A DNA stretch of 55,378 nucleotides from Gemmatimonadales bacterium. GTDB taxonomy: Bacteria; Gemmatimonadota; Gemmatimonadetes; Gemmatimonadales; GWC2-71-9. Under the pieces are notes generated by a model. It searched no databases and was not told the origin of the DNA. It worked only from the letters and a program-made list of their open reading frames with translations. Location of the stretch: NCBI GenBank assembly GCA_031402135.1, contig JANNSC010000087.1, forward strand, positions 1-55,378. Direction: 5' to 3'. Position numbers and translations under genes: made by a program. Positions 9,058 to 18,762 of this stretch are shown here, piece by piece (positions within the stretch are counted from its first letter, which is position 1; every line of letters starts with the position of its first letter).

Positions 9058-11103
9058 TCAAAACCACCTCCCAACCCGAATGAATGCTGCCCTGCTTCCA
9101 TTCGACGCAACGCCGTATTCGAAGTTTATCGGCCCAATCGGAGTGGTCGCACCGGCGCCAGCCCGGATTCCCGCCAGCCATCCGCCCGAATCGAACAGGC
9201 TTCCTCCTGTTGCGGAACGGCCAGCCGCGACCAACAACCGGAGCGCCAGCGGACCTTGAAGCTGCCAGGAACCTTGCAGCTGGGCCACCAACTCTCGATC
9301 ACCTCGTCGCTCCCCTATTTGCAGACCGGGAAAGCCGCCCGGCCCACCGAACTCGAAAGCGACCTGCACCGGAAGCTTCCGGCCAACCCCCAGCCTCACA
9401 CCCGGCTCCAGCGCCAATCGGCCTTGGCCGAGGCGCATCCCCAGCTCGACGGTGCCAATCTGGTAATCGCCGGTTATCGTCGCGGTGGCACCACCCTGGG
9501 CCCGATGGCCCGGCTCAATGCGAACGGAAGCGAAGGTGCCTCCGGTTGCCCGATTCTCTTCCTCCGGGGTTCGCCACAGAATTGCCAGCCCGCCGGCGCG
9601 CGCCCGCCATACACCGAGCCGGGCCCACTCGACGCCCACGGCCCCGGAGCCCTGCAGGATCTGCAAATTCTCAAAGTTTCCGCTGTTGCCGGTGAACTGT
9701 CGCACATTCTCCGACAAGAGCCGGAAGGAAAGCAGAGGCGCTACGCTCATTCGTCCGACGCCAAGATGACGGAGCAGCGTCCCACTCAGATCGCTTTGGA
9801 AGCGTCCCAGTGTCACGATCCCACTCGCCTCGGCGCCCCGGATCGTCGTGCGATCGAGCCCGCCGATCCAAAGCCGTCCGCCGAGGTCGTGGTCGTAGGC
9901 CACGCCCAGACCGGCGGCTCGGCGCGCAGCGGGAACCGCCTGGGCTCGAAACTCAATGGTGTCTCCCCGGCCAACCGGTCCCAGCCAGATTTCGCGGAAG
10001 GCTTCGATGTTTGTCAGCTCGGAAAGCTGGGCCTCGAGCGCCGAGGGGGTGATTGCCATTCCGCGCGAAAGCCCCAGGACCCGACCCATTGTTTCGCCAT
10101 CCCGACCAGTGCCGTTGGCGACCTCCCAGCCAGCGAGGTGGGTGGGAAGCCGTCCCGGCCGGACCGGCGGGCGGGGGGCAAAGCAGCGGGCGCCCCGAAA
10201 GAGGGAATCCGCCGCCGCGCGACCGTTCCCGAGCAGTTGCCTTCGGCGGGCGGAGCGAAAATCCAGATTCGCGAAGCCTTGGACATTGGGCCAGACGTAG
10301 ATGTCATCCGGCCCGAGGGAGTCGAGGGGCTGGCGGAACAGAAACCCCACCAGTCGCCCCGCGACCGCGCCGGGTGAAGTGATTTCGCCGCTGTCCGCGG
10401 CAAGGTCATCCTTCAGGTCCACGACAATCAGGCGGGTCGCACCGGCGGCCCGGGCTGCCGCTATCGGCACATTGGCCGAGATTCCGCCGTCGATGAGTAC
10501 ACGGTCCCCGATACGCTCGGGCGAGAACACCAACGGGATGGCGATGCTGGCGCGTACCGCCTGGGCCAGGTCCCCGCTGCGCAGCACGACCGACTCCCGG
10601 GAACGAAGGTCGGTGGCCACCGCGCGGAACGGTATCGGCAGGCTGTCGAAGTCGCCCCGCGCGACCAGATTTGCCCGCAGCAAGACCTGGTTCAACACCG
10701 AGTTGGTACGGAGTTCGGAGATCCCACCCGTGGCAAGCGAAAACCCCCGGGCCCCCTGCTCCCAGGCGACCAGCGGAAAGAGGCTGCCCCATTCGTGCGG
10801 CATTCGGTTTCCCGGGGTCTGGGGGTCTTCACCCAGGGGCAGGGTTCGGGTGAGCGAGTCGATCTGACGGGCGTTGAGACCGCTGGCGTAAAGGGCGCCG
10901 ACCACCGAACCGACGCTGGTGCCAACCACGATGTCGGGCCGGATGCCGAGGCTGTCCAGGGTTCGGAGCACCCCGATGTGGGCAAACCCCTTGGCTCCCC
11001 CACCGGAGAGTACCAGCCCGAGCGAACCGGAGGGGCAGGTCTGGGCACCGAGCCGGCCCCCTGCCAGGCTGGCGATCAGCAGCAGACCCAAATGGATACG
11101 CAT
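9058..11103 (-). CDS. patatin-like phospholipase fused to an Omp85/BamA-type beta-barrel (PlpD-like, type Vd autotransporter architecture)
   Basis: Signal peptide MRIHLGLLLIASLAGG. Patatin motifs SGGGAKG, GTSVG (GxSxG) and IDGGISAN (DGG). The long C-terminal region is rich in alternating beta-strand patterns and ends in an aromatic residue (...FIRVGRWF). Confidence 0.85.
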   Translation of the reverse strand: MRIHLGLLLIASLAGGRLGAQTCPSGSLGLVLSGGGAKGFAHIGVLRTLDSLGIRPDIVVGTSVGSVVGALYASGLNARQIDSLTRTLPLGEDPQTPGNRMPHEWGSLFPLVAWEQGARGFSLATGGISELRTNSVLNQVLLRANLVARGDFDSLPIPFRAVATDLRSRESVVLRSGDLAQAVRASIAIPLVFSPERIGDRVLIDGGISANVPIAAARAAGATRLIVVDLKDDLAADSGEITSPGAVAGRLVGFLFRQPLDSLGPDDIYVWPNVQGFANLDFRSARRRQLLGNGRAAADSLFRGARCFAPRPPVRPGRLPTHLAGWEVANGTGRDGETMGRVLGLSRGMAITPSALEAQLSELTNIEAFREIWLGPVGRGDTIEFRAQAVPAARRAAGLGVAYDHDLGGRLWIGGLDRTTIRGAEASGIVTLGRFQSDLSGTLLRHLGVGRMSVAPLLSFRLLSENVRQFTGNSGNFENLQILQGSGAVGVEWARLGVWRARAGGLAILWRTPEEENRATGGTFASVRIEPGHRAQGGATATITGDYQIGTVELGMRLGQGRLALEPGVRLGVGRKLPVQVAFEFGGPGGFPGLQIGERRGDRELVAQLQGSWQLQGPLALRLLVAAGRSATGGSLFDSGGWLAGIRAGAGATTPIGPINFEYGVASNGSRAAFIRVGRWF

Positions 11104-11221
11104 GGCAAGAAGCTAATCCGGGCTCCCCTTGCGGAGTGCCGCCCGGTTCCTTAATTCTGTCTCGGGCCGGGCATTCCGAAGCTGGGGCCCCACCACCAGC
11201 CACCCAGGGAGTTGTGCAGTC

Positions 11222-11485
11222 ATGGCGTATGTGATCACCGAAGCCTGCATCGGCACCAAGGACAAGGCGTGCGTCGACGTCTGTCCGGTCGATTGCATCT
11301 ATGAGGGAGAAGACCAGCTCTACATTCACCCCGATGAGTGCATCGACTGCGGGGCGTGCGAGCCGGAGTGCCCGGTCACGGCAATTTTTCCGGAAGAGGA
11401 TGTACCGCAGAACCTGGAGAGTTACATCGAAAAGAACAAGGAAATCTTCAATTCCGACGTCCCGCCGGGAAGGCCGCGCAAGTAG
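11222..11485 (+). CDS. fdxA: 7Fe ferredoxin ([3Fe-4S][4Fe-4S], FdxA type)
   Basis: [29 protein letters not shown]...[17 protein letters not shown] is near-identical in pattern to actinobacterial/Azotobacter-type FdxA. Start moved to ATG 11222, preceded by GGGAG. Confidence 0.9.
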   Translation: MAYVITEACIGTKDKACVDVCPVDCIYEGEDQLYIHPDECIDCGACEPECPVTAIFPEEDVPQNLESYIEKNKEIFNSDVPPGRPRK

Positions 11486-11493
11486 TCCCCGCA

Positions 11494-11526
11494 CCGCGGG
11501 ACGACCCGCGGGGTCGGTTGTTTCAC
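11494..11526 (+). terminator. possible intrinsic terminator after fdxA
   Basis: Hairpin CCGCGGG-acga-CCCGCGG (11494-11511) followed by GGTCGGTTGTTTC. The U-tract is weak. Confidence 0.35.
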
Positions 11527-11637
11527 CGACTCCGGGGTCGCAGGGATGGAAGTACTGCTTGGGGCTTGGCGGTGATCTGATCTAGAGAATCGAATCGGCC
11601 CGCCATAGTAATAGACGCCCCGGCCCGCCAAATGGTT

Positions 11638-12840
11638 TCATGACAGCGACTGGAGGAATTTCAGGATCGCCCGGGTGGTGGGTACCGGTTGTTCGATGCA
11701 GGGGAGGTGGCCTGCCCCGGGAATTTCCATCAGACGGGCCCCGGGAATCGTCGTTGCCATGCTTTGGGAAATTGCCGGTGGCGTGATTGCATCTTCCGCA
11801 CCAACCAAAACCAGCGTCGGAATTCCGGTGAGGGTCTCCAGCAGTGGGGTGCTGTCGGGCCGCTCCCGCATCGCCGAAAGCGCGCCGACGATCCCGGGCA
11901 CCGGCGTGTTAAGAATTGTGGTGCGCACCCGTTCGATGATTTCCGGGGAGACTTGGGGCGTGAAGAGCCGCGGTAGCATTGCCTCTGCCGCGGCGATCGC
12001 GCCCTGTTCCCGGACCCGGCCGATCAGGCCATCGCGCGCACGACGGCCCTCGGCGCTGTCGGCCTCGGCGCGGGTGTCCATCAGAATCAGCCCGCGTACC
12101 CGCTCCCGCCAGCGCCGGACGAATTCGAAGGCAACGTACCCGCCGAGCGATAGCCCACACAACACAACCTGCCCTTCTCCCAGTCCGTCCAGCAGGCCGA
12201 GCAGGTCCTCGGCATAGGTGCTCATGGAATAGCCCAGATCTGGGGCATCCGATTGGCCCATGCCGCGAAGGTCGGGGGCAATGCGACGGTACCCCGTCAG
12301 GGTGTCGATCTGGTGTTGCCAAATGGAGCGGTCGAGGGGAAAGCCATGGATAAAGAGGATGGCGGGTCCACTGCCGCGGTGCTCCACTGCCAAGCTGACG
12401 CCACCGACCGTCACCCGATCCGCCGGTTCCGAGCTGGGGCGAGCCTGAAAGAATTCCCCCACCTCGGCGGGCACCGGCACCGGCCGGCCGTCCCGGTCGA
12501 TGCAGACGAATACGAACTCGGCGGTGGCAATCAGGGTGCCGTCGGGACGCCGCGCAGTTTGTCTGGTGGTGAAGCTGGTGCGCCCATGCTGGATCAGCGC
12601 CTGGTGGATCCGGAGGACGTCACCCGAGAATGCCGGCGCGAGGTAGTCGATTACCGTCTTGCGCACCGCAAGGGAGGCGTCGTGGCGCAGGAAGACGTCC
12701 ATGCCTGGGCCCCGCGCCAGAACATCCCAGCGGGCTCGCTCAAATACCCGGAGGAATGCCGCTTGGTTCAGGTGCCCGAATGCGTCACAATCCTCGGGGT
12801 AGACGACCTGTTCGACATCTGCGAGACTCATGCGGCCCAT
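11638..12840 (-). CDS. fusion protein: 4HBT/YbgC-type acyl-CoA thioesterase (N-terminal) plus alpha/beta-fold hydrolase (C-terminal)
   Basis: The N-terminal ~130 aa carry YPEDCDAFGHLNQAAFLRVFERARWD (hotdog thioesterase signature). The C-terminal ~260 aa carry FIHGFPLD, nucleophile elbow GLSLGG and C-terminal GAGHLP. Confidence 0.85.
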   Translation of the reverse strand: MGRMSLADVEQVVYPEDCDAFGHLNQAAFLRVFERARWDVLARGPGMDVFLRHDASLAVRKTVIDYLAPAFSGDVLRIHQALIQHGRTSFTTRQTARRPDGTLIATAEFVFVCIDRDGRPVPVPAEVGEFFQARPSSEPADRVTVGGVSLAVEHRGSGPAILFIHGFPLDRSIWQHQIDTLTGYRRIAPDLRGMGQSDAPDLGYSMSTYAEDLLGLLDGLGEGQVVLCGLSLGGYVAFEFVRRWRERVRGLILMDTRAEADSAEGRRARDGLIGRVREQGAIAAAEAMLPRLFTPQVSPEIIERVRTTILNTPVPGIVGALSAMRERPDSTPLLETLTGIPTLVLVGAEDAITPPAISQSMATTIPGARLMEIPGAGHLPCIEQPVPTTRAILKFLQSLS

Positions 12841-12897
12841 TGCAGTGGATGCTGAAAGGTACGCTGGGTCGCGTTCGACTCGCTACTATTCCCCGCA

Positions 12898-14034
12898 ATG
12901 CCATCAGAGAATCCACCTCACCTGATAATCGATCCGACGGAGTTTGTCGGCGTGTTGGCCCAGCTTCACACTGAAGCGGTGGTCGCGGTTGATACCGAGG
13001 CGGCCAGCTTTCACCGGCACCACGACCGGGTCTACCTGCTGCAGCTTTCCACCCGGACTGCGACCCATCTGGTGGACCCGTTGGCCGTCCCCGGGCTTCC
13101 GGGGTTCGGAGACCTGCTCTCCAACCCGGCCGTCGAATGCATCTTCCACGACGCCGACTACGACCTCCGGCTGCTCGGTCACGATTTTGGTTTCACCGCC
13201 ACCCGGCTTTTCGATACCCGGGTTGCCGCCCAGTTTCTCAACGAACCCGGCATCGGACTCGCCGCTCTGTTGGAGAAATACATCGGGGTCAAACCGGACA
13301 AGCGATTCCAGCGCGCCGATTGGTCGCAGCGGCCACTTTCGCCTCCGATGCTCGACTATGCCGCGACCGACACCCGCCACCTCCCCGCACTGAGTGACAT
13401 CCTGCGGGCGCAGCTCGGCGAAAAAGGCCGGCTGGCGTGGGTGGCTGAGGAGTGTGTCCTGCTCACGCGGGTGCGATGGCCTCCGCCCGCGGCCCCCGAG
13501 GTCGCGGCGCTCTCGGTGAAGGGTGTCCGGGCCCTCACCCCGAGAGCGCGCGCCATTTTTCGGGAGCTGTACACCTGGAGAGCGGGGGCCGCGGCGGCCA
13601 TGGACCGCGCGGCGTTCCGGATCATGGGCTACGAACCGATGTTCGCCTTGGTGGATTCCCCTCCCCAAGACCTGCAAGGGCTGGCGGCGGTGCCCGGGGT
13701 TGGCAGGGAGATCGTGGAACGACGTGGCAGCGAAATCCTTACCGCCATGCGGCGGGGGCTGGACCTCCCCGAGTCCGAACTCCCTCACTATCCGCGTTCC
13801 GAGCGCCACCGCCCCGACTCGGCCTTCGAAGGCCGGATGGAGCGCCTCAAGGCGGTCCGGGCCAGCCTGGTGGCAAGGCTCGACCTTCAACCCGGGGTAC
13901 TTGCACCCAATTGGCTCCTCGAGGCGATCGCGCAGACCGCACCACGGACGATTGAGAGCCTCGGCGGGATTGATGGGATAAGGAGCTGGCAAATCAACGA
14001 GTTCGGTACGGAGTTACTCAAGGCGGCTGTCTAG
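12898..14034 (+). CDS. rnd: ribonuclease D (DEDDy 3'-5' exonuclease plus HRDC domain)
   Basis: 378 aa with Exo motifs VDTEAAS, FHDADYDLRLL and YAATDTRHL, and a C-terminal HRDC-like region. Confidence 0.9.
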   Translation: MPSENPPHLIIDPTEFVGVLAQLHTEAVVAVDTEAASFHRHHDRVYLLQLSTRTATHLVDPLAVPGLPGFGDLLSNPAVECIFHDADYDLRLLGHDFGFTATRLFDTRVAAQFLNEPGIGLAALLEKYIGVKPDKRFQRADWSQRPLSPPMLDYAATDTRHLPALSDILRAQLGEKGRLAWVAEECVLLTRVRWPPPAAPEVAALSVKGVRALTPRARAIFRELYTWRAGAAAAMDRAAFRIMGYEPMFALVDSPPQDLQGLAAVPGVGREIVERRGSEILTAMRRGLDLPESELPHYPRSERHRPDSAFEGRMERLKAVRASLVARLDLQPGVLAPNWLLEAIAQTAPRTIESLGGIDGIRSWQINEFGTELLKAAV

Positions 14035-14103
14035 TAGTTCGTACCAATACTCCTATTCGAAAACGTGGGCTGTGGGTGGTAACCTGGTCGTCCGGCTTGC
14101 CAA

Positions 14104-14436
14104 CTACCCGAGAAACGCCCGGACTCGTGGGTCCATCTTTTCCGGGGTCCAATACGGCTCCCACACCAGCTCGATCTCCGCGCTCTTGACTCCCTCGAGA
14201 TCTTCCAGGACAAGCTTGGCGTCCCCCATGATCTCGGCGCCGGCCGGGCATCCCGGAGAGGTCAGCGTCATCTTGACGTGCACATGACCCTCCGCATCGA
14301 CCGCGGTGTCGTACACCAATCCGATGTCGATGATGTTGAGGCCGAGTTCAGGATCCTTGACGGCGCGGAGCGCCTTGCGGATTGATTCCGGCGTCAGGTT
14401 GGGCGCATTCGAGTCGCTGGCCGCGGCTGGCATCAC
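14104..14436 (-). CDS. sufT: DUF59/SufT-type Fe-S assembly protein
   Basis: 110 aa with VKDPELGLNIIDIGLVY and MTLTSPGCPAG, typical of the MIP18/SufT (PaaD-like) family. Confidence 0.8.
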   Translation of the reverse strand: MMPAAASDSNAPNLTPESIRKALRAVKDPELGLNIIDIGLVYDTAVDAEGHVHVKMTLTSPGCPAGAEIMGDAKLVLEDLEGVKSAEIELVWEPYWTPEKMDPRVRAFLG

Positions 14437-14464
14437 CGAACAATGGGGGCATGGTGGTCGGGGG

Positions 14465-15592
14465 TCAACGTCGGGCCAGCCGGATCACCAGATCAGACAA
14501 GCTGCTCCGAATTCCCCGGAGGACCGACAGGGAGTGTCTGGCCCGGGGCGCCAAGCTCCGGTTGGTCAGGAACACCAGGAAGAGGTCCCGTTCCGGATCC
14601 ACCCACAGCATGGTGCCGGTCCAACCGGTGTGCCCATAGGTGCGAGCGCCGGCAAGGGCCCCGAAAATTGATGGTTGTCTACCGCCGATCGTTGGGGTGT
14701 CCCATCCGAGCGCGCGGGTTCCGCTCCGATCCGACCGGCGCAGAAACTCCCGCATGACTCTGCTGGAGACCCAGGAATGGTCGCCGACCCTTCCCCACCG
14801 GAGCCAGGCTTGAGCAAATCGGGCGACGTCGGCGCCGGTGGCGAAGAGTCCGGCGTGGCCGGCGATGCCTCCCAATCGAACTGCATTGGCGTCATCGACC
14901 CGGCCGGGAATCGGCCGGCCGGCGGCCATCCGACTGGGGGCGACCTGGGCGCGGGGTGGCAACAAGGGCGCGAATGCGGTGGCGCTGAGCCGGAGCGGAA
15001 CAAACACCTCGCGAGCCGAGAAACTGCTGAGGGATTCTCCGGATACCGCTTCCACCAGCAGGCCCAGCAACATGGCGTTGACGTCACTGTACACCGCGCT
15101 GCTGCCGGGCACCCGAACCGGCTGCTCCAGATACAGCCGGTCGATCGCCTCGGCGCGAGTGGGAGCAAGTTGATAAAGGGCGAGGTAGGCTCGTAACCCG
15201 CTGGTGTGGTCGAGGAGCATGCGCACCGTGATCCGGCGGCGAGCCTCTCCGTCGAACCGCGGCAAATACTTCACCACCAAGCCGTCGAGGTCCACCTGAC
15301 CGCGGTCCACCAGCACCATCAGTGCGCTGGTAGTGGCGATGACCTTGGTCAGGGAGGCAAGGTCCCAGCGAGTGCTGTCCGAAGTCGGTGCGGCAGACGC
15401 CGTCGACCACGTGAGCCGGCCAAACCCTCGGGAGTAGAGGATGGAGTCCCTCTGACCCACAATCACCACCGCCCCAGGGTAGACGCCCTGTCGGATCCCC
15501 CGAGTCACGAATTCCGCCACCGGGGCGAACCTTGGATCTGGCCGGGCGGCGGCCAACTGAAATAGGAGAGTGAGGGCCAGGGTGATGTTCAC
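14465..15592 (-). CDS. serine hydrolase, beta-lactamase/transpeptidase-like (class C family)
   Basis: 375 aa with SLTK (SxxK), YSDVN (YxN) and HTG motifs, plus a short signal-like N-terminus. The GTG start overlaps the stop of the upstream metalloprotease gene (GTGA). Confidence 0.85.
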   Translation of the reverse strand: MNITLALTLLFQLAAARPDPRFAPVAEFVTRGIRQGVYPGAVVIVGQRDSILYSRGFGRLTWSTASAAPTSDSTRWDLASLTKVIATTSALMVLVDRGQVDLDGLVVKYLPRFDGEARRRITVRMLLDHTSGLRAYLALYQLAPTRAEAIDRLYLEQPVRVPGSSAVYSDVNAMLLGLLVEAVSGESLSSFSAREVFVPLRLSATAFAPLLPPRAQVAPSRMAAGRPIPGRVDDANAVRLGGIAGHAGLFATGADVARFAQAWLRWGRVGDHSWVSSRVMREFLRRSDRSGTRALGWDTPTIGGRQPSIFGALAGARTYGHTGWTGTMLWVDPERDLFLVFLTNRSLAPRARHSLSVLRGIRSSLSDLVIRLARR

Positions 15593-16371
15593 GGCTGGAG
15601 GGGTTCGCGAACAGTTCCTAGTAGTAGTTCATACAACAACGACAAAGTGGCGCGATCCCGCCGACTCAGGCGCGCGGTCCGGGTAGCCGGAAACATTACA
15701 TCGTCGGGGTTAGGGGAATGGGACAAGCCGAGGGTGTGTCCAATTTCGTGCACCGCAACGGCCAGGCGGCCCCGATCCGGAATTGGCTTTCCTTTGGGGT
15801 CGAAGCGGGCCAGGACGATTCCAGCCGACTGAATAGCCCCGTCGCTGGTCCACTGCAGGTCGGTCTGCCCGGCGCGCTCACCACCGAGCTGTGCCACCCC
15901 CCGCACCACAATTCGAGCCCCGGTGGTGTCGGCGGTGAGGGTGAAATGGAGCCCCAGCCCAGCTTCTGCCCAAACCGCAGTGGCTCGGCGCACCATTGCA
16001 ACGGTCTCCGCATCGTATTGGGCCGAGTCGCCTGCCGGGACTGCCACCAGAAAAGGACCCCGGATTCCTTCCGGCCAGCGTCGAACCACGGAGTCGGTCT
16101 CGGCAAACAGGCTATCGAAATAGGTAAATCGGGCGGCCCGCACCAAGCGGCGACGGCCTTCGAGTCGGGCCAGCAGGTCGATCATCGGGGTCCGGCTCGC
16201 ACCAGTTTCATTCGCCGCTGAGGTCCGCTGTGGGGGAGCAACCGGGAGGCGCGCCGGGGCACCGACAGCCCGCTCTGGGGGGGCCGGCGGCTCCACGCGC
16301 GGGCGCGACAGGCGGCCCACCAGCAGCAAGCCGAGGAGGAGCAGGAGGGCAATCGAGAGAAAACGAGACAT
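15589..16371 (-). CDS. matrixin-family zinc metalloprotease, membrane-anchored or secreted
   Basis: HEIGHTLGLSHS (HExxHxxGxxH) followed by the Met-turn region DDVMFP. Start moved to ATG 16371 (MSRFLSIALLLLLGLLLV hydrophobic N-terminus). Confidence 0.8.
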   Translation of the reverse strand: MSRFLSIALLLLLGLLLVGRLSRPRVEPPAPPERAVGAPARLPVAPPQRTSAANETGASRTPMIDLLARLEGRRRLVRAARFTYFDSLFAETDSVVRRWPEGIRGPFLVAVPAGDSAQYDAETVAMVRRATAVWAEAGLGLHFTLTADTTGARIVVRGVAQLGGERAGQTDLQWTSDGAIQSAGIVLARFDPKGKPIPDRGRLAVAVHEIGHTLGLSHSPNPDDVMFPATRTARLSRRDRATLSLLYELLLGTVREPLQP

Positions 16372-16502
16372 CGCTGGTCGCGGGCAATATGGGCCGGTCC
16401 AAGGGGTGGTCGCCACTCTCTGGCGCGTGGCCCCGGGGCGGCCTACCATTCCGGCTTGCAGAACCTTGCACCCACCCTTCGTGCGATTGCGCCGAACCGC
16501 TG

Positions 16503-18761
16503 ATGCCGGAACGGATTGCGCATTTCGTGGTCCGGTTCCGCTGGATCATCGTCGCGCTCTGGGCGATCGTCGGCGTTGCCGGGGTGTTGCGGGCGCCGGA
16601 AACCCCGGAACTTCTCAACGTGCGCGGGGGGGCTGACCGGGAAACCGAAGCCGCCCGGGCCGACCGGCTGCTCACCGCTCGGTTCGCCCGGCCGTTCAGC
16701 GAATTTTTTGCCGTAGTGATCGAGAGCCCGGCGCCGTTCACCGACGGCTCCCCCCGCGCGGCCCTTGATTCGATCACCGGCGAGCTGGCGCGCGAGCCGT
16801 ACATTCGCTCGCTGCTTTCCTATCGCAACACCAACGATTCGTTATTCCTGAGCCGGGATGGTCGGACCACGTTCTTTCTGGTGTCGATCGACGCGCCGCG
16901 CGGGGATAGCGTCGGAAAAGTGGTGGCTTCGTTTCGGCGCTCCCTCAAGAACGCGGTTGGGCGGGTGCCCTACCGGGACGCCTATCAAACCTGGGTTACT
17001 GGACGGTCCCCGCTCGACCTCGACGTGCGCACGGTGAGTGCAGAGGATAGCCGTCGTATTGAGGCGCGCGTCATTCCGCTGACACTGGTGATCCTGGTGC
17101 TGGCGTTCGGTGCCCTGGTTGCCGCGGTACTCCCAATCCTGGTGGGTGTTCTGGCTGTGGCGATCTCGCTTTCGCTCATCGGGGTGGTTGCCACCTACCA
17201 GCCGATGTCGGTTTTCGTCCTCAACCTCACGACCATGATCGGGCTCGGGGTCGGGATCGACTATTCGTTACTGGTGGTCACTCGATTCCGGGAGGAGCTT
17301 ACCCGGGGATATCGGCGGCGTGAGGCGGCGGTGCGCACCTTCCGAACCGCCGGGATGGCGGTCCTGACCTCGGGGCTCACGGTGGTGGTCGGATTTGGTG
17401 CCCTGGTGCTGACGCCGCTGGTTGAAACCAAGAGCATCGGTATCGCCGGCTTGATCGTGGTCGGGGTGGCGGTCCTTCTCTCGACCACGCTCCTCCCCGC
17501 CCTGCTCGCGATGATCGGCCGCGACATCGACCGCCCTCGCTGGCTGGCAAAGCGGCTCACCTGGTACCACTCGCCCCGGGGTTGGGAAAAGTGGGCCCGC
17601 TCCCTTTCCCGGCATCCGTGGCGGGCGCTGGTTCTCGGGGGCACCGCAATCATGATCCTGACCGCCCCGTTGTTCTGGATCCGCATCGGCCTGCCGGCCC
17701 GGCACTGGTGGCCGGCACAAACCGAGGCCGGCGCAGGAGTGGAGCGGCTCACCCGGATCGGCGTGTCAGGGTATCTCTTTCCGGTACGAGTTCTGGTGGA
17801 ATTTCCGGAGGGCCGCTCGGCCACCGACTTGACCGGGCTTCGGGCACTGCGCAGCCTCTCCGATTCGCTCCGGGCTGATCCGAGGGTCCGGGACGTCCGC
17901 AGCCTGGTGGATCTCGAGCAGGGGCAGTCGCTCCTCGGGTATTCTCTGCTCTATTCCGACCTCGACTCCGCGCGAGCCAGACACCCGGACGCCGTCGACG
18001 GGTATCTGAGCCGGGACGGCCAGATGGCTCTCCTCGACGTGATTCCCAACGATTCCACTTCGCTGACAACCACCATGGAACTGGTGGCCCGCACCAGGGA
18101 GCTCCTGGCCTCGGGACACATCCGGCAGCTGCGCGGCACCGAAGCAGCTGTGGGCGGCTACGTGGCGGCGAGCGTGGATTTTCAGAAGGACCTGCTGCAC
18201 CGCTTCCCGTTCATTGTGGCGTTGGTGCTCGGGGTGACTGCGGTCATGCTGGCGATCGCGTTTCGATCGGTGTTGGTGCCGATCAAGGCGGTGCTGATGA
18301 ACTCGCTCTCGGTCAGCGCAACGTTCGGACTCATCGTGCTGGTCTTTCAGCATGGATTCGGGGGAGAGGTGTTCATGCTTGATGGGGCCACCGAGGCGAT
18401 CTTCGTGGTTGTTCCGGTGCTGGTCTTTGCCGTGGTGTTCGGGCTCAGCATGGACTATGAGGTGTTTCTTCTCTCCCGCATCAAGGAGGCGTTCGACCGC
18501 ACCGGGCGCAACACCGAGGCAACGATGGAGGGGGTCAGCGCCACCGCCTCGGTGATCACTTCGGCTGCGCTGATCATGATTGTGGTCTTTGGTGCCTTTG
18601 CGTTTGCCCGAGTGTTGATGGTGCAGTTTTTGGGGTTTGGCCTGGCGGTTGCCGTCTTGCTCGACGCCACGCTGATCCGCATGGTCCTGGTGCCGGCCAT
18701 CATGCACCTGGCGGGACGCTGGAATTGGTGGCCCGGCTATAAGGCAAAGGAGGAGCAGTAG
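16503..18761 (+). CDS. MMPL family RND-type transporter
   Basis: Two homologous halves, each with a large loop plus a 5-6 TM bundle, and the repeated MMPL motifs GVGIDYSLLVVTRFREE and GLSMDYEVFLLSRIKEA. Start moved to ATG 16503 (MPERIAHFVVRFRWIIVALW). Confidence 0.9.
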   Translation: MPERIAHFVVRFRWIIVALWAIVGVAGVLRAPETPELLNVRGGADRETEAARADRLLTARFARPFSEFFAVVIESPAPFTDGSPRAALDSITGELAREPYIRSLLSYRNTNDSLFLSRDGRTTFFLVSIDAPRGDSVGKVVASFRRSLKNAVGRVPYRDAYQTWVTGRSPLDLDVRTVSAEDSRRIEARVIPLTLVILVLAFGALVAAVLPILVGVLAVAISLSLIGVVATYQPMSVFVLNLTTMIGLGVGIDYSLLVVTRFREELTRGYRRREAAVRTFRTAGMAVLTSGLTVVVGFGALVLTPLVETKSIGIAGLIVVGVAVLLSTTLLPALLAMIGRDIDRPRWLAKRLTWYHSPRGWEKWARSLSRHPWRALVLGGTAIMILTAPLFWIRIGLPARHWWPAQTEAGAGVERLTRIGVSGYLFPVRVLVEFPEGRSATDLTGLRALRSLSDSLRADPRVRDVRSLVDLEQGQSLLGYSLLYSDLDSARARHPDAVDGYLSRDGQMALLDVIPNDSTSLTTTMELVARTRELLASGHIRQLRGTEAAVGGYVAASVDFQKDLLHRFPFIVALVLGVTAVMLAIAFRSVLVPIKAVLMNSLSVSATFGLIVLVFQHGFGGEVFMLDGATEAIFVVVPVLVFAVVFGLSMDYEVFLLSRIKEAFDRTGRNTEATMEGVSATASVITSAALIMIVVFGAFAFARVLMVQFLGFGLAVAVLLDATLIRMVLVPAIMHLAGRWNWWPGYKAKEEQ

Positions 18762-18762
18762 C

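Noticed and set aside
11519-11526. TGTTTCAC, half of the parS consensus TGTTTCACGTGAAACA, near the origin region.
   Set aside because: The second half-site is absent (it is followed by CGACTCCG). It is part of a terminator-like hairpin after fdxA.
16230-16502. N-terminal extensions suggested by the ORF track for MMPL (16230), polA (21762), rhomboid (43531), holA (54072), the metalloprotease (16449), brx (2339), fdxA (11129) and yidD (37728).
   Set aside because: The extensions are low-complexity, overlap neighbouring genes, and precede internal starts that give canonical N-termini and/or SD motifs.
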